Shown here one piece after another: positions 9,165 through 18,299 of a stretch of DNA of 64,000 nt; position 1 is the first letter of the stretch; each line of letters opens with the position of its first letter. The notes under the pieces were generated by a model that did not search any database, was not told the DNA's origin, and saw only the letters and a list, made by a program, of their open reading frames with translations. The DNA is from a virus (taxonomy: Duplodnaviria; Caudoviricetes): the IMG/VR virus record IMGVR_UViG_3300030433_002456, positions 1 through 64,000 of that record. The stretch is one strand, 5' to 3'. Position numbers and translations under genes: made by a program.

Positions 9165-9428
9165 ATGAGCGATGCCTTACAGAAGAAGTTTAGTATGACA
9201 GCGATCATAGTAGGGTGGTTTGTCACAATCGCCGCTTTTATTTACAACTTTGCAACTACGAATGCAAATTACGCACACAGGATTGAAGCGATTGAATCAG
9301 AATTGCTAAATCTAGATCAAAGACTAGACACTAGTGAGGCATTCAGAATTCAACTCGCATCTGACCTAGCAGAAATCAAGACGGATCTCCTATGGATCCG
9401 CAGATCTATCGAAGAACAAGGAAAGTAA
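9165..9428 (+). CDS. Small single-TM coiled-coil protein
   Basis: AGGAG at 9153 with ATG at 9159 or 9165. TM segment AIIVGWFVTIAAFIY; C-terminal LAEIKTDLLWIR. Confidence 0.55.
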   Translation: MSDALQKKFSMTAIIVGWFVTIAAFIYNFATTNANYAHRIEAIESELLNLDQRLDTSEAFRIQLASDLAEIKTDLLWIRRSIEEQGK

Positions 9429-9431
9429 ACT

Positions 9432-12224
9432 ATGTGGTATCCACCAAGTAAACAGCAAATCGAAAGTAACACCAATCCATTCCGTGCTTTGACTCCAGAG
9501 CAGATGCGACAAAAGCAAATGCAGGAGATCGAAGAGGCAAAAAAAGTCAAAGTCCCGTCGAAACTCCTGAAAGACTTCCAGAAGGAGATCAAGAACGAGC
9601 GTGATTATCAGTTCGCCGGGACAGACAGCAAAGAAGATAAAAAAGAAATTATTGAGGACGAAAAAGAACTCCTCAAACTTTTAAGATTACTACAACAGGG
9701 GAAGATTGAAAAGGCATACGACCAGTTCGACCGCTTGGATACCGCGTTGGCAGATGTCGTTCCACAAAAACTACTCCAGTTCATGGATCAGAACCTTGAT
9801 GAGAGCGTTCTCGAAAGTCTCGATGAGATTGTAAGAGCAAAAGACAAGTACCCCGAGATTGACAAGATCAAAAAGGTATTGAAGAAGAAGGGCATTGGGT
9901 TCTACACCAAAGAGGGTGCTATCATGGTCAACCCTGCCAATGTCGTTGAGGCACGCTCGGCACTCAACAAGGCATTCGGTGGTCAGTTCGAGAAGAAGAC
10001 TGGCATGGAAGTGAGATCTGATAAGAGGCAGTCGGTCTCCGATGAAGTCGAACTCGATGAAATGAAAAAGTCTGACGGACCATTCACGATAGTTGCCATC
10101 AAAAACAACAAAGTTGTTAGACAATTTCATAGTATTGAACATCACGAAATTGAAGACGCAATTGAATTGGTGAAAACAATGACGGGGATGGAAGGTGTAA
10201 AGATTTCGGTTGAATCCAAGAAGGGTAAGATTGTTCACACCGAAGAAGTCGAGCAAGTCGATGAGGGTTCCGCAAAAGACAAGCGTATGATGAAGTCGGT
10301 CAAGGATAAGTTGACCAAGGCAGGCATCAAGAACGCTGTCATGTTTGGCGAGGTCCATGTCGCTCCTGCTGATGTAAAAGAAGCAGAAAAGATTGTTGGT
10401 GATATGCCATTCAAGGTTGTCCCACAAAAGAAACTCGAAGAGATGTCCGCCAAGGATCACTACAGAAAAGTCATGAGAGGTGGCAGAGGCAAGGGATTTG
10501 TGGTCAGCAGTCCCATTGACCGTGAGCGATATCCCGACCGTGAGCGAGAAGGACTTGAAGGACCATACAAGAGTCGCAAGTCTGGTAAGATTTTCTACTA
10601 CGACAAGAAGGCAGGCAAATACTACGATCCCGATTCAGACATGTACCTTGATGTCTCTGATGTCATGGAGTCAACTCACGACGCGGCATGGTGGGAGAAA
10701 AAGGTCAACCCAAAAAGTAGGGGTTGGAAGAACGGCACTGTCGCTGTAAACTTTAAAACATTCACCTCTGGTGGTAAATATGTGTCATTCAAAAAGGGTG
10801 ATCCCATCTTTTATCACCCGATGGAAATCAAGGGGACCGGTGGTAGAAAATATAAGGTCGTCATCGCTGCCGATTCGATAGCGGACGCTGATAGTTATTT
10901 CTCGGTTCACCCCGACCGTCTCGGTCTCAAGGGATTCGACAGTGCAACAGGACCACTAAAGAACTCTGTTAACGAGGCGATGTCACCATTTAATGTCATG
11001 GGTGGCAAGAAGAGTGGAACTCCACGCAAAATTGGTAAGGACTTAGAAAACACTCTCAAGATGACAAAACCATCTGAGTATAGTTTCTCTGCACCCGCCG
11101 CCGATGGTAGTGGTCTTTTTGCTGTGATCCCACTCAAGAGACCATCCGGTCAAGCAGGGGTCATGATGGCAACATTTGACACCAAGGGTAGCAGAACAAA
11201 GGTAGTAAACTACTACGGGACACATTTGAACACAGATGCCGCAATGAAGTTTGCGAAGAAAGAGGGTCTCATTGAGTCCGTTCAATTGGATGAGGCAACT
11301 CAACACACCGTGCATGTCAATGTAAGTAAAACAGGTTTTAGAAAACTTGAAGCGATGATTGCAAGTCTTGACGGATACCGAGAGTCAGATTATAGTGATG
11401 GGAAGGCGAGATTTTACTTCGACGCAAAGAAACACGATAGTGCTGAACGAAAGAAGGTAGCAGAGTTTATCAAGAAGACTCGCGGTGCTGAGTTTAGTCA
11501 TGCTATCAAGGAAAATCCAGAGTACGATAAGGGACTATCAGATATGAACATCGGAGAGATTAACGAAAAGGTCATGCGACCAATGGGACTTCCCGGTAAG
11601 TTCCCACCCAAGGGCAAGTTCACTTCACAGCAGATCGCCGCACTTCGCAAGGAGTATCAGAAGATTGGTAGTGTTGATCCTTCATCTAAGACTTATGAGA
11701 ATCTAACCAAGTTCCTTGACTCTTTATCCGATGAGATGCTCAAGCAACTTTCACAGGCAAAGATTAAGTTCATTTCCGGACTCGCACTCAATCGTGTGGT
11801 CAAGCGAGGACTTAAGGACTCATATGAGTTTGACTCAAAAACCGGTGAGTATATTCGTGCAGACGGAGAAGATCCATTGGGAATTGATGGTTCGTTGGGT
11901 AGACAGGTCAAGGAGTCCGTTGAAATTTCGGAAGCAGTGGACGAGGTTGCTGCCCGTGAACTTACCCTCTACATCGAAAACGATGCCGGTCTATACCGGC
12001 AGAGGATTCAACCCATCATCAAGAATCTCGCACGCAAGATGAAAAAGGGAACCTTTGACGCTGGACTAGCACAGAAGGGTTTCATGTACGCGGTCGAGCA
12101 TGGTCTTAAGAATTACAACAAAGAATTTGGTCCCGGATTCAAAATCGATAAGGACACCAAAAAGAAAGTTGCCCAAGACCTGCTAGACAACTTCATGGAC
12201 GAAATCGAAGATGCCGCATCATGA
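9432..12224 (+). CDS. Multi-module Lys-rich protein (930 aa), putative internal head polyprotein
   Basis: About ten modules separated by NLDESVLESLDE, DEVELDE, EEVEQVDE, KLEE, VME, SVNE, ESVQLDE, EINE and ESVEISEAVDE. Confidence 0.65.
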   Translation: MWYPPSKQQIESNTNPFRALTPEQMRQKQMQEIEEAKKVKVPSKLLKDFQKEIKNERDYQFAGTDSKEDKKEIIEDEKELLKLLRLLQQGKIEKAYDQFDRLDTALADVVPQKLLQFMDQNLDESVLESLDEIVRAKDKYPEIDKIKKVLKKKGIGFYTKEGAIMVNPANVVEARSALNKAFGGQFEKKTGMEVRSDKRQSVSDEVELDEMKKSDGPFTIVAIKNNKVVRQFHSIEHHEIEDAIELVKTMTGMEGVKISVESKKGKIVHTEEVEQVDEGSAKDKRMMKSVKDKLTKAGIKNAVMFGEVHVAPADVKEAEKIVGDMPFKVVPQKKLEEMSAKDHYRKVMRGGRGKGFVVSSPIDRERYPDREREGLEGPYKSRKSGKIFYYDKKAGKYYDPDSDMYLDVSDVMESTHDAAWWEKKVNPKSRGWKNGTVAVNFKTFTSGGKYVSFKKGDPIFYHPMEIKGTGGRKYKVVIAADSIADADSYFSVHPDRLGLKGFDSATGPLKNSVNEAMSPFNVMGGKKSGTPRKIGKDLENTLKMTKPSEYSFSAPAADGSGLFAVIPLKRPSGQAGVMMATFDTKGSRTKVVNYYGTHLNTDAAMKFAKKEGLIESVQLDEATQHTVHVNVSKTGFRKLEAMIASLDGYRESDYSDGKARFYFDAKKHDSAERKKVAEFIKKTRGAEFSHAIKENPEYDKGLSDMNIGEINEKVMRPMGLPGKFPPKGKFTSQQIAALRKEYQKIGSVDPSSKTYENLTKFLDSLSDEMLKQLSQAKIKFISGLALNRVVKRGLKDSYEFDSKTGEYIRADGEDPLGIDGSLGRQVKESVEISEAVDEVAARELTLYIENDAGLYRQRIQPIIKNLARKMKKGTFDAGLAQKGFMYAVEHGLKNYNKEFGPGFKIDKDTKKKVAQDLLDNFMDEIEDAAS

Positions 12225-13062
12225 CGAACTTTTAAATTTCGCTGAAGAGTTTTTAACAGAGTCTCCCACTCCCGGTGAGAAGCGAGGTGATTATGAAAAC
12301 TCTAAACTGCGGAAATCTAAGATGTCCACACAGGCAGCAAAGAAGGCAAGTAGTGATGTGTTAAGAGGTGTTGCCTCCCGTGGTGGAGCGAGTGTCTCCG
12401 TTGCTAACACGGAATTGAAAAAAAGAGAGGATTCTAAATCATCCTCCAAAGACGACGATGATTTATCTGCCGATGAAAAAGAAAAAAAGGACAAATTTAA
12501 GTCTGATGCAGAAAAGGCAGTTGATAAAGTTGAGGACATGATTGGTGATGGCGATCCGGATATCCCACCAGATCTTCCAGATGATATGGAAGACCCCGAG
12601 GTCAGAAACAAATTTAAAGATTTCTTTGAAAACAACCCACTAGGAAAGGCGTTATCTGCTTTCTTTGACACGGAACCAGCACCCTTCCCCGGAATGGAAG
12701 ATAGTAAAGCAGAGTTTCTCACCAAAGCGAAGAACGCGGTGATCGCCGCAAGAGACAAGCAGATCGAAAAGGGTTCTGAAAAACGAAAGAAAGAAAAAGA
12801 AAAGGAAGATAAAGAGAAAGAAAGAGAATCTACTTTTAGGGGCATGAGTGTAGATCGTCTAGAAAAAATACTCGACGATCCTGATGTCCCAAAAGAGGAC
12901 AAAAAAGCGGCGAGAGAGATCTTAAAGGATAAGAAGAAAAACAAGAAAGAAACGACAGAGGAAAATTACAATTGTTTATTGTCAACCATCAAAGAAATGT
13001 CGGAACCACAAGCGATTTACAAAAACCTACATACTGTGGTAAAGGAGATAACAAATGAGTGA
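12211..13062 (+). CDS. Highly charged hypothetical protein, possible internal head protein
   Basis: N-terminal ...FAEEFLTE; K/D/E-rich; overlaps the upstream stop. Confidence 0.55.
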   Translation: MPHHDELLNFAEEFLTESPTPGEKRGDYENSKLRKSKMSTQAAKKASSDVLRGVASRGGASVSVANTELKKREDSKSSSKDDDDLSADEKEKKDKFKSDAEKAVDKVEDMIGDGDPDIPPDLPDDMEDPEVRNKFKDFFENNPLGKALSAFFDTEPAPFPGMEDSKAEFLTKAKNAVIAARDKQIEKGSEKRKKEKEKEDKEKERESTFRGMSVDRLEKILDDPDVPKEDKKAAREILKDKKKNKKETTEENYNCLLSTIKEMSEPQAIYKNLHTVVKEITNE

Positions 13063-13471
13063 TCTAGGAGCAGGCGGAACCGTAGATTTTAGCAATCTTC
13101 CGGCATATAGTATCCGCAGTCAACAGACAAACACCACGGATATTCGCAGAACAGTAGCACCACAACCGACTGTGATTGGCACTTTTCATGTGCTGAACTC
13201 CGCAGGATTTAGTGGTGCTGGTGATGTTATTAAAGGGACTCTCCCCGGTGTTAACACAACAACTTTAAATCAAGGTGTTCTTTTCCGAGTTGTTGATAAC
13301 AACACCACCGTAGGACACATTGGAATTACAAAACCGGGAGCGGGAATATCTGATGCCGTCATGCTAGAAGAGGGAGATGAAATTTTCATCCCAGCAGAGA
13401 GGTTGAATGATATAATCATCGGTCATACGACTGCAACAAGCGGCATTACCTTTTCAGCGTTAGGAGAATAA
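13055..13471 (+). CDS. Putative virion/decoration protein, paralog A
   Basis: AAGGAG RBS, CTACATAC motif upstream; starts MSDLGAGGTVDFSNLPAYSIR; Gly/Thr-rich and beta-like. Confidence 0.6.
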   Translation: MSDLGAGGTVDFSNLPAYSIRSQQTNTTDIRRTVAPQPTVIGTFHVLNSAGFSGAGDVIKGTLPGVNTTTLNQGVLFRVVDNNTTVGHIGITKPGAGISDAVMLEEGDEIFIPAERLNDIIIGHTTATSGITFSALGE

Positions 13472-13472
13472 T

Positions 13473-14000
13473 ATGAGTGACCTTGGTGCGGGCGGAACTG
13501 TTGATTACAGCAATATGCCATCATACTCTGTTCGTGCAGACCAGACAAATGCCACGGACATCCGTAGGGTTGTTGGTGTGTTTCCGTCTGTGCATAAACC
13601 AGATATTAATGTCGCAAACACGCCACATACATTTCAAACAATAAAAGAACTTACCGGTGTCGCCACTGCGGTTGAGGGAGTGGAAATAATTTCCAAAGGA
13701 TCGACAACGGGGGTACTCAACGAATACAGATCATTTAATACCCTTATTAAATTGGGTGGAGTAACAGGTTCGGTCACGTTTCCACCCACCGCAGATTTTT
13801 TAAGTGATAAGTTTGTAATTGAGAGAACTCGATTTCAGGGTGGAATTCAGAAAGATCCCAACGAAGAGAAAAGTGAGGGTATTTTTATACCAATCACAGA
13901 TCTTTCACAGATTTCAGTCGCAGGGATAACAAATACAAATACAGCAGTTCTTCCACCGGACACTCAATTCGATGGTTTTACGGAGATTAGAATCAAATGA
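13473..14000 (+). CDS. Putative virion/decoration protein, paralog B
   Basis: Starts MSDLGAGGTVDYSNMPSYSVR, nearly identical to the N-terminus of the preceding ORF. Confidence 0.6.
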   Translation: MSDLGAGGTVDYSNMPSYSVRADQTNATDIRRVVGVFPSVHKPDINVANTPHTFQTIKELTGVATAVEGVEIISKGSTTGVLNEYRSFNTLIKLGGVTGSVTFPPTADFLSDKFVIERTRFQGGIQKDPNEEKSEGIFIPITDLSQISVAGITNTNTAVLPPDTQFDGFTEIRIK

Positions 14001-14530
14001 GCATTTATTCAGGATCATCACCATTCGCAAAAGGCAAACTCAGCGGCGACAAACTTGGCAAACCCGGTGTCACACGCGGCACGGGGAAAAGAAAAAGTGC
14101 AAAAATAAAAAGAAAACGAACCACAAATAGACTTCGTTTACAGGGAACAACTACATCTACTGCCAAAGGCGTGGGATTCAGTGTGATCACAGGAGCAAAC
14201 TCATCGAGATTGCAAAGCATCATTAGTCAGAATTTGACCAGTGAAGCGGTAGATGGTCTTGGTCTTCGTGCAGCAACGAGTAGAAATCATCTCACCATCC
14301 AAGTGCAGACAGGCAGCGACTTTGCAAGTTCGGGAGCAGCGATAGATGGTCTTAAAAATAAAAGAGCGGTTTTGGATGTTGACGGTGAAGTCTTCGAGGG
14401 GTTTGTCACTACCACTGTCACCAGTGGTCTCGGTTCTTTGATAAGAAGATATAGATTAGAATTCCCTGACAAGACCTCTCTTCTTACGGCGGGTTCATCA
14501 ATTAAACTAGATTTAGAATTCTCAAGTTAA
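13997..14530 (+). CDS. Hypothetical protein with a basic N-terminus
   Basis: ATGA overlap with the previous stop; 177-aa ORF. Confidence 0.55.
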   Translation: MSIYSGSSPFAKGKLSGDKLGKPGVTRGTGKRKSAKIKRKRTTNRLRLQGTTTSTAKGVGFSVITGANSSRLQSIISQNLTSEAVDGLGLRAATSRNHLTIQVQTGSDFASSGAAIDGLKNKRAVLDVDGEVFEGFVTTTVTSGLGSLIRRYRLEFPDKTSLLTAGSSIKLDLEFSS

Positions 14531-14545
14531 TAGAAAAAAATAAAC

Positions 14546-14573
14546 TTGACACTTATAGAATGGATGCTAAAAT
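14546..14573 (+). promoter_or_regulatory. Sigma70-type promoter
   Basis: TTGACA-16nt-TAAAAT with an extended TG and an A-rich UP element. Confidence 0.7.
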
Positions 14574-14579
14574 ATGCAT

Positions 14580-15239
14580 GTGAATAACAACAAGACATTT
14601 ACTCATGTCTCACTTAATCATACTTTTGAAAATCTAAAGTGTGTTACGAGTGAGGGCAGCAGACACTATGTCACCCCAGATGGCGACAAGTATTTCTCAG
14701 TTACCACCGTAACGGGACACAAGAAAAAGGCATTCTTCGCTGAGTGGCGAAAGAAGAACCCCAAGGAGTCCGTTCGCGTGACTCGTCGGGGCAACCATCT
14801 CCACAGTCTTATTGAAGATTATATTAATAACAAAGAACTCGACCCCAAGGGCGATGAAATTTTATTGTTCAAGCAAGCACTTCCGATGCTGAACAAAATT
14901 GATAATGTGTATGCACAGGAAGTCCCGCTTTATAGTAAGTTACTAAAACTTGCCGGTCGCGTGGACTGCGTTGCAGAATACAAAGGCAAACTCTCGATCA
15001 TCGACTTCAAGGGATCGACCCGTGAAAAGCGGATTAGCGACATTGACAATTACTTTCAGCAAGCAACTGCATATGCGATTATGTGGAAGGAACTGACTGG
15101 TCAAACCATTGATCAAATTGTCATCCTAATCACAAGCGAAGATGGAACCACACAGGAAATCGTGGATAACCCGATTAACCATGTTGCGTCTCTTCGTAAA
15201 ACCATTAGTGATTTTCAGAACCTCAAAGTCCAGCGGTAG
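14580..15239 (+). CDS. PD-(D/E)XK exonuclease (Cas4/MGME1-like, common in T4-like phages)
   Basis: YFSVTTV, RGNHLH, QEVPLYS...LAGRVDC, IIDFKGS, YFQQATAYA. The ATG at 14574 abuts the -10 box, so the GTG at 14580 is the preferred start. Confidence 0.85.
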   Translation: MNNNKTFTHVSLNHTFENLKCVTSEGSRHYVTPDGDKYFSVTTVTGHKKKAFFAEWRKKNPKESVRVTRRGNHLHSLIEDYINNKELDPKGDEILLFKQALPMLNKIDNVYAQEVPLYSKLLKLAGRVDCVAEYKGKLSIIDFKGSTREKRISDIDNYFQQATAYAIMWKELTGQTIDQIVILITSEDGTTQEIVDNPINHVASLRKTISDFQNLKVQR

Positions 15240-17394
15240 CACGGCGACGAGCGACAGCAGGATTCAGTCTTTGCGTTGCTGGTCGTAGACCCTGATTCAC
15301 CGAGACTTTTACCTTTGGTCTATGGGCACCGGCACCCTGATCAAAGAACTGTAAAAGCATTGCAGGTCTGACATCATCGCTCCCCGGTCGCAAACCAGTT
15401 GACTCGGCAAACCAATCTGATGCCTCGATCATGAAGTTCATGACACCGTTGTTGTTTCGAGCAGCGTCTCTTGCAATCTCAGTGAGATCAAAAGTAATTT
15501 TATCAAGTGGTTTGATCTCGTCACCGATTGTAACACTTGACGTTGCGACTAGATCTCTATCAGTTTCGTTTCTACCAGAGTCAGATGTCCACGATTGTCC
15601 GTTGTCTCTGTTGTTACAACTTACATAACTGGTATCAATGGCGACCTTTGATCTATACACACTAAGTTTTAGTGGTTTTACTCTTGGTGTAGCGGCGGTG
15701 TGGGCGAGTCTGCCGAAGACATCTTTTACGGTGAGTTCTAGAACGCAGGACATAACGGTATCTCTCGGACCAACCACTAGTTGATTTCCACTTGCAAATT
15801 CAAGACCACCATTAAGGTTGTGGTTGAAGTATGCGATTGGAACAATGTCTCCACGAACGTAGTTGCCCTTGATCGATGTTATCTCACCTGACTTGATGGT
15901 CACGGATCGTTCATCTGCACACTGATCGCATTCTTGACACTCGTCAAACGGTGCTTCTGTTGGACAACACAACCCCTGATCTTCACATGGATCTGGGTCT
16001 GTCTCACATGGGTTACCTAAGCAATCTCCTTTGGGACAACCATTTTCATCTAAACCAACACCAAGGACACCGGGATTCTCTGGGCAACCACACCCGTCGG
16101 GACACTCTGCCTCGCAGGTGTCATCACAGTAACTGCCGCAGGGCAGATTCGGTGGACACTTCTCTGGTGTGCCGGGACAGAACCCTCGACAATTTAGTGG
16201 CGGACACTCCGGGACCGGTTGACCCGGACAGTATTCGATCTCTGAGCATACATCACCATCTCTATTTGTGCAAGTCTTGGTCTTCGAGTCTATACAATTG
16301 CAATCTTCGTCTTGTCCACAAAGGTTGTCACATGGTTCACACGGGGGATCGCAATCACAGGTTACTTCATCGGTAAAACAACCGTCACCATCTCGAACAG
16401 GTTCACAAACGCATTTGTCACCGCAACCCCCGTTACCATTTAGACACGGGTTGGGTACTGGGTTGTTGCAGCACCCTCCCCCGGTGTCGAAACACACTTC
16501 CGTATCACATGGGTCGGTAGGGCACTCCGAACGCTGGCAAAAGACTCCGCCACTGCAAATCACCTCGCTGTCGCAACCGCCGCAACAAAATCTGCAAATA
16601 TCACCCCCGTCGTTCGGACATACACAATCGCCTTGACCTCCGCTGCGATTATAGGCATCTCCGTACACACGACTTATTGTGTTTGCGAAGTTGATCTCCC
16701 GGGCCTTCGTAAAATTGCGATCTTTTTCAATCGCATCATATCCGATGTCTTCAATCTTACTTGACAATCTGGGATCGGTGACCGGAGAATTATCCTCTTT
16801 GATGTCCTCTGATGAATTATCAAAAGCAAAGTCAACGCCGCCAGATGACTTTCTTACCTGAACAGAGTTGATAAAACCACTTGAATCACCCATTGACATG
16901 GCGGGAGTTGTTCCAATCACACTCTTTAAGACTGAATATGGTACGTTGGGGATAGGTTGATGTGCCTTTACACCTTTTCTATATCTTGCATGTGCAAAGT
17001 TATGTGATATGTTAAAAACGGGAGCATGTTCGACACCTGCGTCATTGAAGTTTTTTCTATTTTCAGAAAAAACCTGAGTGTGCGATGGAACAAATCGATT
17101 TATTGCCCCAAGACCAAAGAAGTTGTCGTTGTTGACACCACCATTTGTCTGGTGAAATGCAGCGGATCCACCAGCGAGAAGAACATCGGTCGCGTTTCTT
17201 GAGTTATCAGCACCGCCGACACCGGTTCCGTCGAGAAAGTCACCGTCTTCACAAGGGGGACATTCACAGGTCGGTCCCTCGTTACAACTACCATCAGGAC
17301 ATGGTGCATTGTAAACAAAGAAGTCCTGTGTAAGTCGAACGAGGCGACCAGCACCTAGATGACGACCTGCTGTTACGCGATGTCTTGCTGCCAT
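15223..17394 (-). CDS. Cysteine-rich protein with a C-terminal DNRLRE/CBM96-like domain
   Basis: Central ~240 aa densely C/P/D/G/E. The C-terminal LELTV...LSVY...W...ITFDLTEI...RPKVKV resembles DNRLRE domains. Confidence 0.6.
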   Translation of the reverse strand: MAARHRVTAGRHLGAGRLVRLTQDFFVYNAPCPDGSCNEGPTCECPPCEDGDFLDGTGVGGADNSRNATDVLLAGGSAAFHQTNGGVNNDNFFGLGAINRFVPSHTQVFSENRKNFNDAGVEHAPVFNISHNFAHARYRKGVKAHQPIPNVPYSVLKSVIGTTPAMSMGDSSGFINSVQVRKSSGGVDFAFDNSSEDIKEDNSPVTDPRLSSKIEDIGYDAIEKDRNFTKAREINFANTISRVYGDAYNRSGGQGDCVCPNDGGDICRFCCGGCDSEVICSGGVFCQRSECPTDPCDTEVCFDTGGGCCNNPVPNPCLNGNGGCGDKCVCEPVRDGDGCFTDEVTCDCDPPCEPCDNLCGQDEDCNCIDSKTKTCTNRDGDVCSEIEYCPGQPVPECPPLNCRGFCPGTPEKCPPNLPCGSYCDDTCEAECPDGCGCPENPGVLGVGLDENGCPKGDCLGNPCETDPDPCEDQGLCCPTEAPFDECQECDQCADERSVTIKSGEITSIKGNYVRGDIVPIAYFNHNLNGGLEFASGNQLVVGPRDTVMSCVLELTVKDVFGRLAHTAATPRVKPLKLSVYRSKVAIDTSYVSCNNRDNGQSWTSDSGRNETDRDLVATSSVTIGDEIKPLDKITFDLTEIARDAARNNNGVMNFMIEASDWFAESTGLRPGSDDVRPAMLLQFFDQGAGAHRPKVKVSVNQGLRPATQRLNPAVARRRATAGL

Positions 17395-17397
17395 GTG

Positions 17398-18234
17398 TTA
17401 AGTTCCTAAGATTGACATATTAACGTGTTGTTCTGTTCCTTCAAAATCAACGGAGGTCGCTAGTAGTTTGTCTGTGTTCTTGATTTCAATGAACACCTCT
17501 TCACCGGGGGACAGTAGATATCCGGTTGATGCTCCTGCTGCTAATGCACCAGTGAATCCAACACAAAGAAGACCACCACCGGGACCAGAGTTACCGGGAG
17601 TTAAACCCTCAAGACCACTGAAATAGTTCTTTACTTTAACGCCGGATGACAAAGTGAACCCATCAAAAGTTTGCAACGTTTCTTGATCAAATGACTTGGT
17701 ATATGATGTCATGCCAGTGGGTAGTGCAACCGATGTGATCTCAACTGCACCAGTGACGGCAACGTCATAATCATTTTCGGTGCGAACTGCTACCGCTGTC
17801 ATTCCCTCTGTTCCAACAACAGAAAGGGTAATACCCGCTGCAATTGATCTAATATCACAGGACGCACCGGTGATTTGATCGATGGTTCCACCGACGACTG
17901 TAATTTCATTTACCTCTAGTGTAGCACCGGACAAACTGACAGGGACCGCTTGGTCACCGTTTGTATTACCACGAACCGCGATGAATCCATTTGCCAAAAA
18001 TCCAGAGTTTCCGATTGTGGCGAGTTGTGCCGGGACGGGAGCATCTTTGGACAATAGAGCGTATTCACCTACCCCACCAGTGCTTAGTTTAACAATTTGA
18101 AAATGGGCGTTTCCTACGCCATCGCCGTAACCAAAATCCGCCTCTGCGACGAAATCGGTGGCAACGACGGCACCACCCTCACCTAAATTTAGTGTAACAT
18201 GATCTTCTGCTGTTGCTGCATTTGCCATTGACAA
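17398..18234 (-). CDS. Putative virion structural protein
   Basis: GGAG RBS. Gly/Thr-rich. C-terminal GYLLSPGEEVFIEI resembles AVMLEEGDEIFIPA of the 13055 ORF. Confidence 0.6.
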   Translation of the reverse strand: MSMANAATAEDHVTLNLGEGGAVVATDFVAEADFGYGDGVGNAHFQIVKLSTGGVGEYALLSKDAPVPAQLATIGNSGFLANGFIAVRGNTNGDQAVPVSLSGATLEVNEITVVGGTIDQITGASCDIRSIAAGITLSVVGTEGMTAVAVRTENDYDVAVTGAVEITSVALPTGMTSYTKSFDQETLQTFDGFTLSSGVKVKNYFSGLEGLTPGNSGPGGGLLCVGFTGALAAGASTGYLLSPGEEVFIEIKNTDKLLATSVDFEGTEQHVNMSILGT

Positions 18235-18254
18235 TCTCCATTAATTTGTATATG

Positions 18255-18269
18255 ATACATAGTATGTAG
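18255..18269. promoter_or_regulatory. Overlapping pair of putative late promoters for divergent genes
   Basis: ATACATAG (+, 18255-18262) and CTACATAC (-, 18262-18269) between divergent genes. Confidence 0.55.
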
Positions 18270-18299
18270 TGTGATTTAAACCTTAGACATGGAGAAAAA

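Noticed and set aside
9771-12944. Long antisense ORFs (9771-10460, 12291-12944 and similar)
   Set aside because: They are shadows of biased plus-strand codons, without RBS or recognisable motifs.
14580-15239. Cas4-like nuclease as evidence of a CRISPR-Cas system
   Set aside because: No array or other cas genes were seen; solo exonucleases of this type are common in T4-like phages.
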